A stretch of DNA of 63,718 nucleotides, filler included, from Reclinomonas americana ATCC 50394 (Eukaryota): NCBI GenBank assembly GCA_048213135.1. It is 8 parts of 4 records of this genome, joined end to end, with 100 filler letters (N's around TTAATTAATTAA, not from the genome) between each part and the next. Parts side by side here need not be neighbours in the genome. Positions count along the whole stretch, not along the records: positions 1 to 2,920 come from PS015139.1; positions 3,021 to 13,084 come from PS015139.1; positions 13,185 to 23,273 come from PS015139.1; 5 more parts are not named here. One strand, written 5' to 3'. Numbering within the stretch: position 1 is the stretch's first letter; each line of letters begins with the position of its first letter. A program made the position numbers and the translations under genes. This document shows, piece after piece, positions 1 to 20,400 of this stretch. The notes under the pieces are model-generated. The model saw only the letters and a program-made list of their open reading frames with translations. It was not told where the DNA came from and ran no database searches.

Positions 1-2
1 AA

Positions 3-137
3 AAGTACGACTCGTTTGCGATGTCGATTGACGGCGAGAGCTGTCGGATACCGAATGAGCAGGATGTGGATTATCTGCGCAGTGATACGTGGTGGGCGCA
101 GCAGTATTTGATTTTGTTTAAGAAGCATGTGTTGTAA
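3..137 (+). CDS. 3' end of an unidentified protein-coding gene (partial)
   Basis: Open frame KYDSFAMSIDGESCRIPNEQDVDYLRSDTWWAQQYLILFKKHVL* from the window edge to TAA at 135-137. Composition is protein-like and is followed by an abrupt switch to purine-rich repeat. Confidence 0.4.
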   Translation, partial: KYDSFAMSIDGESCRIPNEQDVDYLRSDTWWAQQYLILFKKHVL

Positions 138-139
138 AG

Positions 140-1015
140 AGGAGAGAAGGTTGAACGGAAGGGTTGAGGGGAAAGAAGGAGTAGGAAGCAGAGGACGATG
201 ATCGACGAGTGTGAGAGTTGACAAAGGAGGCAGAGGTAAAGACGGGAGCGGAAGAAACAGACGACGAGAAATCGGTGATGGGGGACGGGTAGAAGAGTTG
301 ACATATAGGGGGAAGAGGCGACAAAGACGGGAACAGAGGAAGCATAGGTCGAGGAGACACAAGAGGACGCAGCGGCATAGGCAGGTGCAGATGGACAGGA
401 AGACAATGAGGCGGTGGTGGTGGTGGAGGAGGAGGAGGTCAAAGTGGGAGACGCGGCAAGGAGGCAGGAGCAGAGGAAGTGGTGGACAATTTGGCAGTGG
501 TAGTGGTGGTGGTGGAGGAGGAGGAAGAGACATTGGAGGACGATGCGGAATGAGACAGGAGCAGAGGAAGTGGAAGACAATGAGGTAGTGGTGGTGGTGT
601 AGGAGGAGAAAGAGGACTAAGAGCAAGAGGCGGCGAACGCAGGAGCAGATGGATAGGAAGACAATGAGGCAGGGGTCGTGGTGGTGGTGGTGGTGGAGGA
701 GGATAAAGAGGAAGAGGCGGCAAGGAGGCAGGAGCAGAGGATAGGAAGACAATGAGGCAGGAATCGTGGTGGTGGTGGTGCAGAATGACAGGGAGGACGA
801 TGCGGAATGAGGCAGGAGCTGAGGACGTGGAAGACAATGAGGCGGTGGTAGTCGTGGTGGTGGAGACAGAATGAGCTCTCTTTCCTCCGGCAACAAATAT
901 CAAAGAGACAGGTCACAGAAGAAAAGGAGGTCTTCTGTCCCTTACACCATTCTTGCTCCTGCTACAGCTGCAAATGGACCTGACACGTCATAACATATGT
1001 CAAGCGATGTCCCAC
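140..1015 (+). repeat. Degenerate purine-rich tandem repeat block plus conserved ~50 bp end motif (copy 1)
   Basis: Recurring unit GGCAGG(A/T)GCAGA(T/G)GG..GGAAGACAATGAGG(C/T)(GGT)n, ending in CTACAGCTGCAAATGGACCTGACACGTCATAACATATGTCAAGCGATGT. A related sequence occurs reverse-complemented at 4655-5135. Confidence 0.8.
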
Positions 1016-1691
1016 TAACATCACTCTGACATGACCCCCTTGACATGCTCTTCTTGCAGTTAGTAACTGTACCGCGAGTACTCCGGAGAGCTCAGAACAT
1101 GTCGTTCCAGTGCAGTGACACGTCATCTCCTCGCGGCTGACATGTGTTGACATCCGATTCGCGAGCCAAACACCCCACGCGCAGCACAGCAGCCGCTTGC
1201 TTCTGCGCACATCCACACAGTGCTGTGTGTTGTGCATGCACTGGGTGGCACAATGCGCCGCGTTTTGCTGCTTAACATCGAGTGGATGATGAGTATTCTG
1301 CATTCATTGTGCACGTCTTGACATCGCCTGACAGGTGACAACAGGTGACAGGCCACTCTCAACACCCCTCACAGAGAGTAGCACAGAGAGCTGTCACAGC
1401 GGTGGAGTGCATGTGAAAGAGCGCTGCACGGCGCACACAATGATGGCAAAAAAATGACTTGATCACATCCGCATCGCTNNNNNNNNNNNNNNNNNNNNNN
1501 NNNNNNNNNNNNNNNNNNNNNNNNNNNNNNNNNNNNNNNNNNNNNNNNNNNNNNNNNNNNNNNNNNNNNNNNNNNNNNNNNNNNNNNNNNNNNNNNNNNN
1601 NNNNNNNNNNNNNNNNNNNNNNNNNNNNNNNNNNNNNNNNNNNNNNNNNNNNNNNNNNNNNNNNNNNNNNNNNNNNNNNNTACGACGTACG

Positions 1692-1730
<39 letters not shown>

Positions 1731-1738
1731 GTGTGTTG

Positions 1739-1792
<54 letters not shown>

Positions 1793-1859
1793 CGATCGTC
1801 CTATCTCCTCTGTCACACGCAACTGTGGAGGCATGCGCATTCATGTGAGTGTGATGCAC

Positions 1860-2920
1860 AGCGGCGCACAGGCGGGAGTTGTCCTTTGAGCCAGCAATTG
1901 CACCCTTCATCCACAACCTGGTGGAGATCGGAGCCGGCGACGAGCGTGATCGAGAACACAACGAGGCGCGACCCTCACGACGACTGCTGTTCGCTGAGTC
2001 TCCGATTCGCGCTGCGCTGAACGTTCGGCCGCCGGCCAAGGTGGCTCTGCAAGGTTCGCGGTTGTTACCGCATTCGCCGGAGGAGCCGGCGCCAGCGTCA
2101 AGTGAGTTGTCTCCCAACATGTTTTTTATATTGCTTTCGAACGACGGCAACTGCTGTTGTGGTTGCTCAAGCCCTTCATGTTTCTTGCAGCCGTGCGTTC
2201 GGCATCACGACTCACTGTTCAGTGGGCGGGAGGCATCACCGTCGGCGGCGTGGTGGAGTTTGTGCCCGTCGGCGGGCAACCAAGAATGCTGTTGGTCGAG
2301 GCCATTTTTGACGACGTTGCTTCGCAGCAGCAGCACGCAAAGCGAGAGGCCTGGGTGGTGGGCAAGGTGGGCCGAGTGTCCAGCAATCCGCTGTTTGACG
2401 GCAGTCGCTGCACGCTGCGTGTGGTGCGGTTCAGGCCGGAAGAGCCGTCGATACGAGTGCCCTTGTTGCAAATTCTCCGCGCGGTGCACGTCTCTCACCG
2501 CAACAACGAGGCACCCAGTGCATGTTGCTACCGCGAGGGTGGCGCCGCACCGCTGCGTGTGGAGAGCAAGACGATTGGGGCCAAGCTCGGCGTAGTCCTC
2601 GACTGCCGGCCTCAGAGTAACATGTCGTTTGACATCAACGACTTTTGTTACCGCCAGTACCAGGCCACCATGATCGGCGCAGCCGCAGTGTACGCAGTAA
2701 ATGCATCACCACCGCCTGCGCACGTCCACGTAGTACTTGTGGCCACACACTCCTCCTCGGGCTCCGCAGCGAGACAAGTCGACATTGTGCATGTGGGTCG
2801 ACTGTCTTCCGACAGTGCACCACTGAGTGCGCGTGTGTGCCAGCGTGGCAGTGGCGCTACTGTGCATGGCAGACGCACACCAGCGCGCCGTGGCGCGCGA
2901 CAACTCGGTGCGAGAGTCGA
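1860..2920 (+). CDS. Partial spliced gene of unknown function, possibly transposon-derived
   Basis: Exon ...APFIHNLVEIGAGDERDREHNEARPSRRLLFAESP... ends at a GTGAGT donor (~2103). After the acceptor at 2190 the frame reads AVRSASRLTVQWAGGITVGGVVEFVPV...ILRAVHVSHRNN..CC..FDINDFCY. No family recognised with confidence. Confidence 0.4.
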
Positions 2921-3020
2921 NNNNNNNNNNNNNNNNNNNNNNNNNNNNNNNNNNNNNNNNNNNNTTAATTAATTAANNNNNNNNNNNNNNNNNNNNNNNN
3001 NNNNNNNNNNNNNNNNNNNN
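2921..3020. other. Artificial ~100-nt gap spacer N-TTAATTAATTAA-N (also near 13129, 23318, 25423, 52126, 56484, 62127)
   Basis: An identical 12-mer with stops in all frames sits in the middle of N runs. It is an assembly convention, not genomic DNA. Confidence 0.97.
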
Positions 3021-3930
3021 GTGGTGTCGCCGGCGGTCGTGGAGGTGGTACCACCGCAGCAGAGCCTGCTGCAGCCTGGTGGCTGTGGCTGTGGCTGTAA
3101 AACTGGGGCCGCTGGCTGTGCTGGCGTTGAAGCAGCTGGCGTCACTTGAGACAGTCGGCGGTGATGGCGTTGATGCATCTTGTGTCTCCACGGCACGAGA
3201 TGATGTCACTGTTGAACATGCCGACAATGCATTTGGTGTTGGTGGTGCCAGAGCAGTCGGTGTTGCAATGGTGGTGGTGGCGGTGGCGGCGGTGGCGGCG
3301 GCGGTGGCGCCGGCGGCGATGGTGTCGTCTCTTGCGCCCGAGAGGCTGGCAACAAAAGCGCAGACGTCGCGCCAGATGTCACTGTCGTCGCATGAGACAT
3401 TGGCTGTCGAGAGAATGAATGGTGGCACAAGTAAAGAAGATGTACCAGGGGGAGCAGCGAGATTTGCGCGGTGTAGAGTACCGAGCACGACTTGCTGGAC
3501 AGCCATGAACGACGCGGCGTTTGCCACACTCGCTCTGTTCACCAGCGCGGTCTGCGCTTTTCTGTCTGCATTGCACGGACACCCACAAACACGACGAACA
3601 TGCACACACACGCACACACGTACAGACACACGTACAGACGCAGGCAGCAACCAACAGCACAGTGCGTGGTGTGTGAGAGAGACAGATCAACGTCGACGGC
3701 CGTCGCGATCGACCGGATGAAGTAAAAGTCGGTGTTGGAAAAGATGTCGACGCACTTGTTCTGCGCCTTGCGGAGGTTGACCTCCATCTTGATCCGCTCA
3801 CTGGTGACTCCAGCAGCCGCGCATGCCGCAGCAAGCACCTTCTGATCTTGCCAATGCACGTGCACGCAGCGTCCAACTTTTCCACCGACGCGGTCGTTGA
3901 CTGGCGGTGTCAGCGCTGCTAGTGCGTGGC
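3021..3930 (-). CDS. Partial gene of unknown function with Ala/Thr/Ser-rich region
   Basis: Two GC-rich open segments (HALAALTPPVNDRVGG...TDFYFIRSIATAVD; DRKAQTALVNRASVANAASF...) separated by a TG-rich intron-like stretch at ~3570-3690. Both ends run into gaps. Confidence 0.4.
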
Positions 3931-4351
3931 NNNNNNNNNNNNNNNNNNNNNNNNNNNNNNNNNNNNNNNNNNNNNNNNNNNNNNNNNNNNNNNNNNNNNN
4001 NNNNNNNNNNNNNNNNNNNNNNNNNNNNNNNNNNNNNNNNNNNNNNNNNNNNNNNNNNNNNNNNNNNNNNNNNNNNNNNNNNNNNNNNNNNNNNNNNNNN
4101 NNNNNNNNNNNNNNNNNNNNNNNNNNNNNNNNNNNNNNNNNNNNNNNNNNNNNNNNNNNNNNNNNNNNNNNNNNNNNNNNNNNNNNNNNNNNNNNNNNNN
4201 NNNNNNNNNNNNNNNNNNNNNNNNNNNNNNNNNNNNNNNNNNNNNNNNNNNNNNNNNNNNAGATGCTCTGCCAGAGCGCATTGTCGCGCACAGCGACGGG
4301 CTGCTGTTTCTTGACCTTAGACCACGCAAAGATGGTCGACATCGACATGAC

Positions 4352-4383
<32 letters not shown>

Positions 4384-4654
4384 CGCGCTCTTTTGTGCAA
4401 TGAGGAATGGTCGCGTGACACTCAGACCAACACAGGAGGTCATGGGCACCCACTACCACCACTCTGTGACGCTAATGTACTCACTTGCGAGACATGGTTG
4501 ATGTGCACCTTCTCGTCACATACACTGAAAACCCCTTCTCCTGCTCCTTGGGTGCTCGCGGCTTCGGAGACCACCATTCCATGGAGTTGACTGGCATGTG
4601 CTAACAGGTGCCGGACGATGTCAACCAGCAGCGAGCATGCAGGTCAAGATCGTT

Positions 4655-5135
4655 AACATCGCTAACATATGTTATGACGTGTCACCGCCATTTCCAGTTG
4701 TACTCCTACTCCTTGTCCTGCTCCACCTCATTGTCTTCCTCTCCCTCAGCTCCTGCCGGTGCCGCCTCTTCCTCCTCCTCCTCCTCCTCCACCACCACCA
4801 CCACCACCACGACGTCAGTGTTTTCCGCTTCCTCTTTGTCAACACTCCTATCGTCTACCCACACCGCCTCTTCGTCTACCACCACCATCACGACCACCAC
4901 CTGATCCTCTTTCACTGCTCCTGCCTTTCCGCGTCTTTCTCTTTTGTCTTCCACCGCCACCATCAATCCACCACCTCACCACCTCATTGTCTTCCAATCC
5001 ATCTGCACCTGCCTTTGCCGCCACTTCATCTTTGTCCTCCTTCTCCTCCACCACCACCTCACCACCTCATTGTCTTCCAATCCATCTGCACCTGCCTTTG
5101 CCGCCTCCTCCTTCTTGTCCTTTCTTGGTCAAGGG
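4655..5135 (-). repeat. Degenerate purine-rich tandem repeat block plus conserved end motif (copy 2, inverted)
   Basis: Minus strand has GGCAGGTGCAGATGGATTGGAAGACAATGAGGTGGTG twice, then TACAACTGGAAATGGCGGTGACACGTCATAACATATGTTAGCGATGT, matching 140-1015. Confidence 0.8.
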
Positions 5136-5176
5136 AGCTGGCCCCCCGCTGTGATTCTTCATTTGTTTTTCGACCA

Positions 5177-6200
5177 TCACTCGCCCACTAGAGCGCGCAG
5201 TTTCTCCTGATCCACAGCCCGCCGATCAACGCGCGCATCCGCAAGCAGCAACCGCGCAGTGTCCTTGTGGCCAAACTCCACTGCGCGGCGAAGGACCTCG
5301 CTGCCCTTCGTCGCCGGATCGGCTCGCCCGTCGGCCAAAAAGGCAGCGACGACTGCCGCGTGTCCACCAACGACTGCGTCGCGGAGGCAGTGGTAACCGT
5401 GACTGGCCACAAAGGCGTCCATTTTTGACTCGCCGAGGAAGTACTGCACAACATCCACTCGTCCCCGGCGTGCTGCCGCAAAAAGCGGACCGGCATCGGA
5501 GAGGACGACGCGTGGATCCGCAAACAAGAGGCGCACCATTTCCAAATGGCCTTTGTCTGCTGCAGTGGAGAGCGCGTTCTGGGTGGGATCAACACGTCCG
5601 TCCACCAAGAGCAGCTGCACCACGTGCGTAAGGCCTTCGTCGACTGCCCATTCGAGGGCGTAGCCATTTCCGTCGGCCGGGTCCACTTGCGGGTCGGCCA
5701 AGATTTGCCGCACAGCGTCGACCTCGCCGCGCACAGCGACCGCGCGGCACACAAAGTCCGTGTTCAAGCACGCACCGTCCACGCGCGGATCGGCAAGCAG
5801 TACACGCATCACCTCTGTGTATCCCAGTCTCGCAGCGACCTTAAACGCATAGTTGTGGTCGGCCGCTGGATCAACGCGCGGGTCGGCCAGCAGCAAGCGA
5901 AGGCAGTCGATATGCTTGTAGCCGGCCGCGACATACACGGCTTCGTTGTCGTACGTGGCAGGGTCCACGCAGTCGAGAGTGAGGAGGGCGCGGACAACTG
6001 CAGTGTCGCCCAACAAAACGGCTTTGCGAAAGGCCCATTCGAGAGACGAGATCATCTCGGCGCGAAGCTCATCCATGGCCATGTCGACAGTTGCATCTGC
6101 CGGTGGCGGTGGCGAGGGTGGTGCAGGCTTGATCGTAAATGTGAGTGAGTGAGCGAGATAGAGAAGAGGGCAAAGGGAGGTGTGACACACACACACACAC

Positions 6201-6249
<49 letters not shown>

Positions 6250-6270
6250 CACACACACCTGCTCCGACAT
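5177..6270 (-). CDS. Ankyrin-repeat protein (DPRVDP type), ~320 aa, 2 exons (6270-6259, 6127-5177)
   Basis: ATG TCG GAG CAG|GT, (TG)n intron, AG|CCT joins in phase 0 to give MSEQ-PAPPSPPPP.... About 8 repeats of the form A...G...VVRLLLADPRVDP (e.g. AAGYKHIDCLRLLLADPRVDPAADHNYAFKVAARLG). Confidence 0.9.
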
Positions 6271-6914
6271 TTCGTAACCAAGATAAACAAAAATTTGTCT
6301 TGTCGTCCGGCCGGCGCGCGTACGCAGGACCCGCACATCAACTGGTCACCACTGCTGGTGGAAGAGGTGGAGAAGACACCGCGGTGGCGCTGGGTGGACG
6401 AAGGAGTTGCCGTTCACATTGCGCTGGTTGTGGTACAGTACATGTACAGTTTTGCGCATACATACGAAAACGTTCGTTCTGTGAACGAGTTTGTGCTGCG
6501 GAGAAATGCACCGCTGTGCACATCGCATTGTGCAGAATGCGGTAATCCAGAGCTGCTCGCAGCCCAAGCGGCAATCATCCTGATCCGCCGACGTCGATGT
6601 TGACGTCGACGTCGCGATATCGATTGGTTGGACGTGACAACGACATTCACCAACAGACAAGCAACAACTGTCTTGATGACCAAGTTCGCACTTAGCGTAT
6701 GACGCACAGCATTTCCACATCCAATTTTCGGCAAGGCGAAGCCACAACCCTTGTCCGTCTTCTTCCATTTCCCCCTCTCCCTTCTCCCGTTCTCCCTTCA
6801 CCCGCTGCAGAGTTCGGTCTCGTGATGACTCTCTTCCCTCACTTAAAAAAAACGATTAGCAGTGCTACTTCATTCAGGAAACCCCTCCAATCTTCTCTCC
6901 TTTCATCTGTCAGA

Positions 6915-16883
<9,969 letters not shown>

Positions 16884-17468
16884 GTTTTGGGGATTGTGAA
16901 CGAGTACACGACGTCAGAGGACAAGGTTCTTGATTGACGAGGTCTAGTCGGTGTGTTAGGAGTGAATGCTTGCCTGGTGGTGCATGCGAAACCGCGTAGA
17001 AAGAGCCCTCATTGGTATGATAGAACGATGACTGCATGAGTGTGGAGAACGCGATGACTGTCGACTCATATACAAAACACTTCATTCACGACATTCCAAT
17101 AACGCGACAAATGTCCACAAATCCCTTGCCGACTGCATATGGCCACGAAATCCTTTCGAGGCCAATACGCGTTTGATTGGCTTTGCCTCCTGGAAGGGAA
17201 GGTGACTGTTGGAGAAGAGGAATTGTGTGTTCATGTGCCAAGGTCATTGTCGGCAAGGGATTTGTGAACGATTGTTGCATTACTGGCATGTGGTGAATGA
17301 AGTGTTTTGTTAATCAATCCAGTGAGTTTGCAACTTCTTTGCAAAGCAGGCAAGCACAAACACAGGCTCTGAACGATTAACAGAATGCAAACCGACAACG
17401 CTCATTCATCTTCATTTCCGAACACGTGGAAGTTGGCGATATCGACGACGATGACGACGCCTCTTCCC

Positions 17469-20400
17469 TTACGGAATACCAAGCGCGTAAGAAAAGTCAG
17501 GCATGACTGTGCCGATAATGCGCTCCACAAGCCCGCGAGTGTTTCGACGCATAAGGTGAACCGATGAGCCTGACACTCGAGCCGAGTGAGTGGCACTGAA
17601 TGCCATGCCACCAAATGATGCACCAAGACCTCCCTCCGGGTCCACGAGATCAGCCTGAGCATTATGTGATACTTGCTTGCCACTAGCCAGTGACCATACC
17701 CGCACAGAACCACCATAGCAGCTGCATACAACGCACATGCCATCAGGAGTGACGGATAGATGCCGCACCCATGAATCGTGTCCCTCCAGTCGATGCACTT
17801 CTGCTCCACTCACTAATGACCACACTCGCGCTGAATTGTCATCACTACCGCCAATAACGTGTTGACCATCAGGTGTGACGGCGACGGACAACACTCGGCC
17901 GCGGGGCCAGTTCTCGTCTATCTCTATAGCGATTCGTTGCACTTCTTCGCCACTCGTCAGTGACCACACTCGCACTGTCCTGTCGTCACTTCCACTCACC
18001 ACATGTTGATTGTCGGGAGTGAAGGTGACACAGTTCACCCCGTTAGTGTGCCCCTCAAATCGTCGAACTTCCTCGCCACTCGCCATTGACCACACTCGCA
18101 CTGTATTGTTCCGACTGCTCACAATGTACTGACCATCTGGGGCAGTAGCGACGCAGGTCACTGCATCTGCGTGCCCATCAAATTGTTGCACTTGTCTGTC
18201 ATCTGCAAGAGACCACATCCGCACTTTTGTTTCACGTCCCCAGCTTAGAATGTGCTGTCCATCAGGAGTAAACGCAACACATGTTGCAGTCATAGGGAGC
18301 CGACAAAACCGTGTAACATCTGCAATGTTTTCTGTGCAGCAAACACTCACAGTCCCATCCATGCTTACAATCGCCACATGGCGACCGTCAGCTGATACAG
18401 AAACTGGTAATGGTACATTACTCAGCCCATCAACCTTCCACAACTCGTCACCGTTTGCCACAGAGTACAATCGCACTGCACCATCGTCTCCAGCACAAAA
18501 AAGATGCGCGCCGTCGATGGAGAGCGCAGCGAAATGGATTGTACCTAACTGCACTGCCGAGTGGCGCATCTCTTCACCAACAACAGACCACAAACGCACT
18601 AAATTGTCCCCGCCACCACTGACGATGTACTTGCCATCAGGAGTGACAGCGACAGAGTGGACACCACCAGAATGCCCTTCGATTCGTCGCAGCTGCTGCC
18701 CGGTATCCAATGACCACACTCGAATGGTACTGTCACCTCCACCGCCGCTCACAATATAGTGACTATCTTCCGTGACAGCAACTGACGACACCCACGCAGT
18801 GTGGCCTTCCAGTCGGCGCACCTCGTATCCACTTGCCAATGACCACACTCTCACAGTCTTGTCACCGCTACCGGTTACAGCATGCTGCCCGTCGGAAGTA
18901 ACGACAACTGAACTCACTCGTTGAGTGTGACCCTGCAACTGTCGCACTTCTTGACGAGCATTATGTCCCATGGATATTGACCACACACGCACGCAGTTCT
19001 CGAAAGTGCAACTCAAGAGGTGCTTACCATCTGGTGTTATCGCGACACAGATTGCATGCATGCGTTCAAATCTTGATGTTGTCGACTGTAACACTTCATT
19101 TCCATTCCCCAGACTCTCCAGCGGACAGACTTCCACAGTCCCATTAGACGTAGTAACTATCAAGAAGTCGTGAGAGAACGACACAAACGTAATCAAGTTA
19201 TCCATTTCGCCACTTCTAACTAATTTTCCACGTGGAAGCGTACATACACGAAATGTCCCACCTTGACTCCGACTCACAACACGCCGACCGTCATTTGTAA
19301 TGGACAAAGACGTCACCGGCGACCTATGCTCCGCGATTGGCTTCCTCGGCCACTTCACACCCCTCACATCAGCATCCGTGAAGTCCGCCTCCCTCGCATA
19401 GGCCGTGCACACATTCACCCCTCGCAAATCCGCTCCCCTCCACACCGTCCGATGCATCACTGCATCCCTCAAATCCGCACCCCTCATTCGCACGCCAGAC
19501 AGATCTCGCCCACTGAACGACACTTGTGCCGCACACAACACCGTCGCCGCATTCGAAGCTGCCGTCACCAGTCGCTTCTCATCCACCTCCCGTGACAACT
19601 CAATCACCTCCCACAGTCTCGCTTGCAATCGAGGAGACCGTCGCACCACCTCGGCCATCTGCTCTACCAACGATGGTCTGTCATTCAGCAATCGCACTGC
19701 CAACACATGCTGCTGCACATCCTGCATCGTCAACTTCCTCTCCTCGTCCCACGTCTCCCATGCAAACACATGTCGTGCCACACAGTGCTCCAACAACGAC
19801 AGATGCACGAATCCCCACTGCGTCGTCCCATACCGTCGCACAATCGGACAGCACGCTCGCACATGCTGGTTCTTGTGACCGAGGAACTTGTCAAACGGTC
19901 CCTCCTCCAAGCGTCGCGAGGCGCGTGGTGCACCACCAAAGTCATCCTCCTCTCCGATATCACCTGCTAACCGACTCTCCAGCACAGACACACGCACCAC
20001 ATTCCTTTCATGCATCAATCGTGCCAGTCCCTCACAGAATGCCAGACATGTCTCCTCACTTGGCACACGCTCCGCGCCAAGTCGCGTCTGCCTCTCCTGC
20101 TCCCTCCCAATCCATTGTCGTATAAATCGGTCAAACACGTCACACCGAGTCGGTCGCTGAACGCCACTTGCCACCAACTGCGGCAGCACACGAGCCACCA
20201 CTGCCAGTAGGAACGGATTTGACACCAGTGCATCCAGTCCTTGGACACTCTTCAGTGCACGAATATACTCCTCGGCAGTCGACCATCGCACTTCACCGTC
20301 GCCGTCATCATCACCACCCACTTGCACGAGCCGATCAAAGTACTCCTCAATCTGCTCGTTGTTAAATGGCGCAATGTGTCGCTCTGACAGCTGCTGCATG

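Noticed and set aside
71-916. His/Pro/Ser-rich ORFs over the first kilobase (and 4598-5210)
   Set aside because: These are translations of the degenerate purine-rich repeat in several frames, with no coding signature.
2966-2977. Recurring TTAATTAATTAA palindrome as a recombination or piggyBac site
   Set aside because: It is always centred in ~100-nt N gaps, so it is an assembly spacer. Sequence either side of the 13129 copy overlaps, so at least some mark intra-locus gaps.
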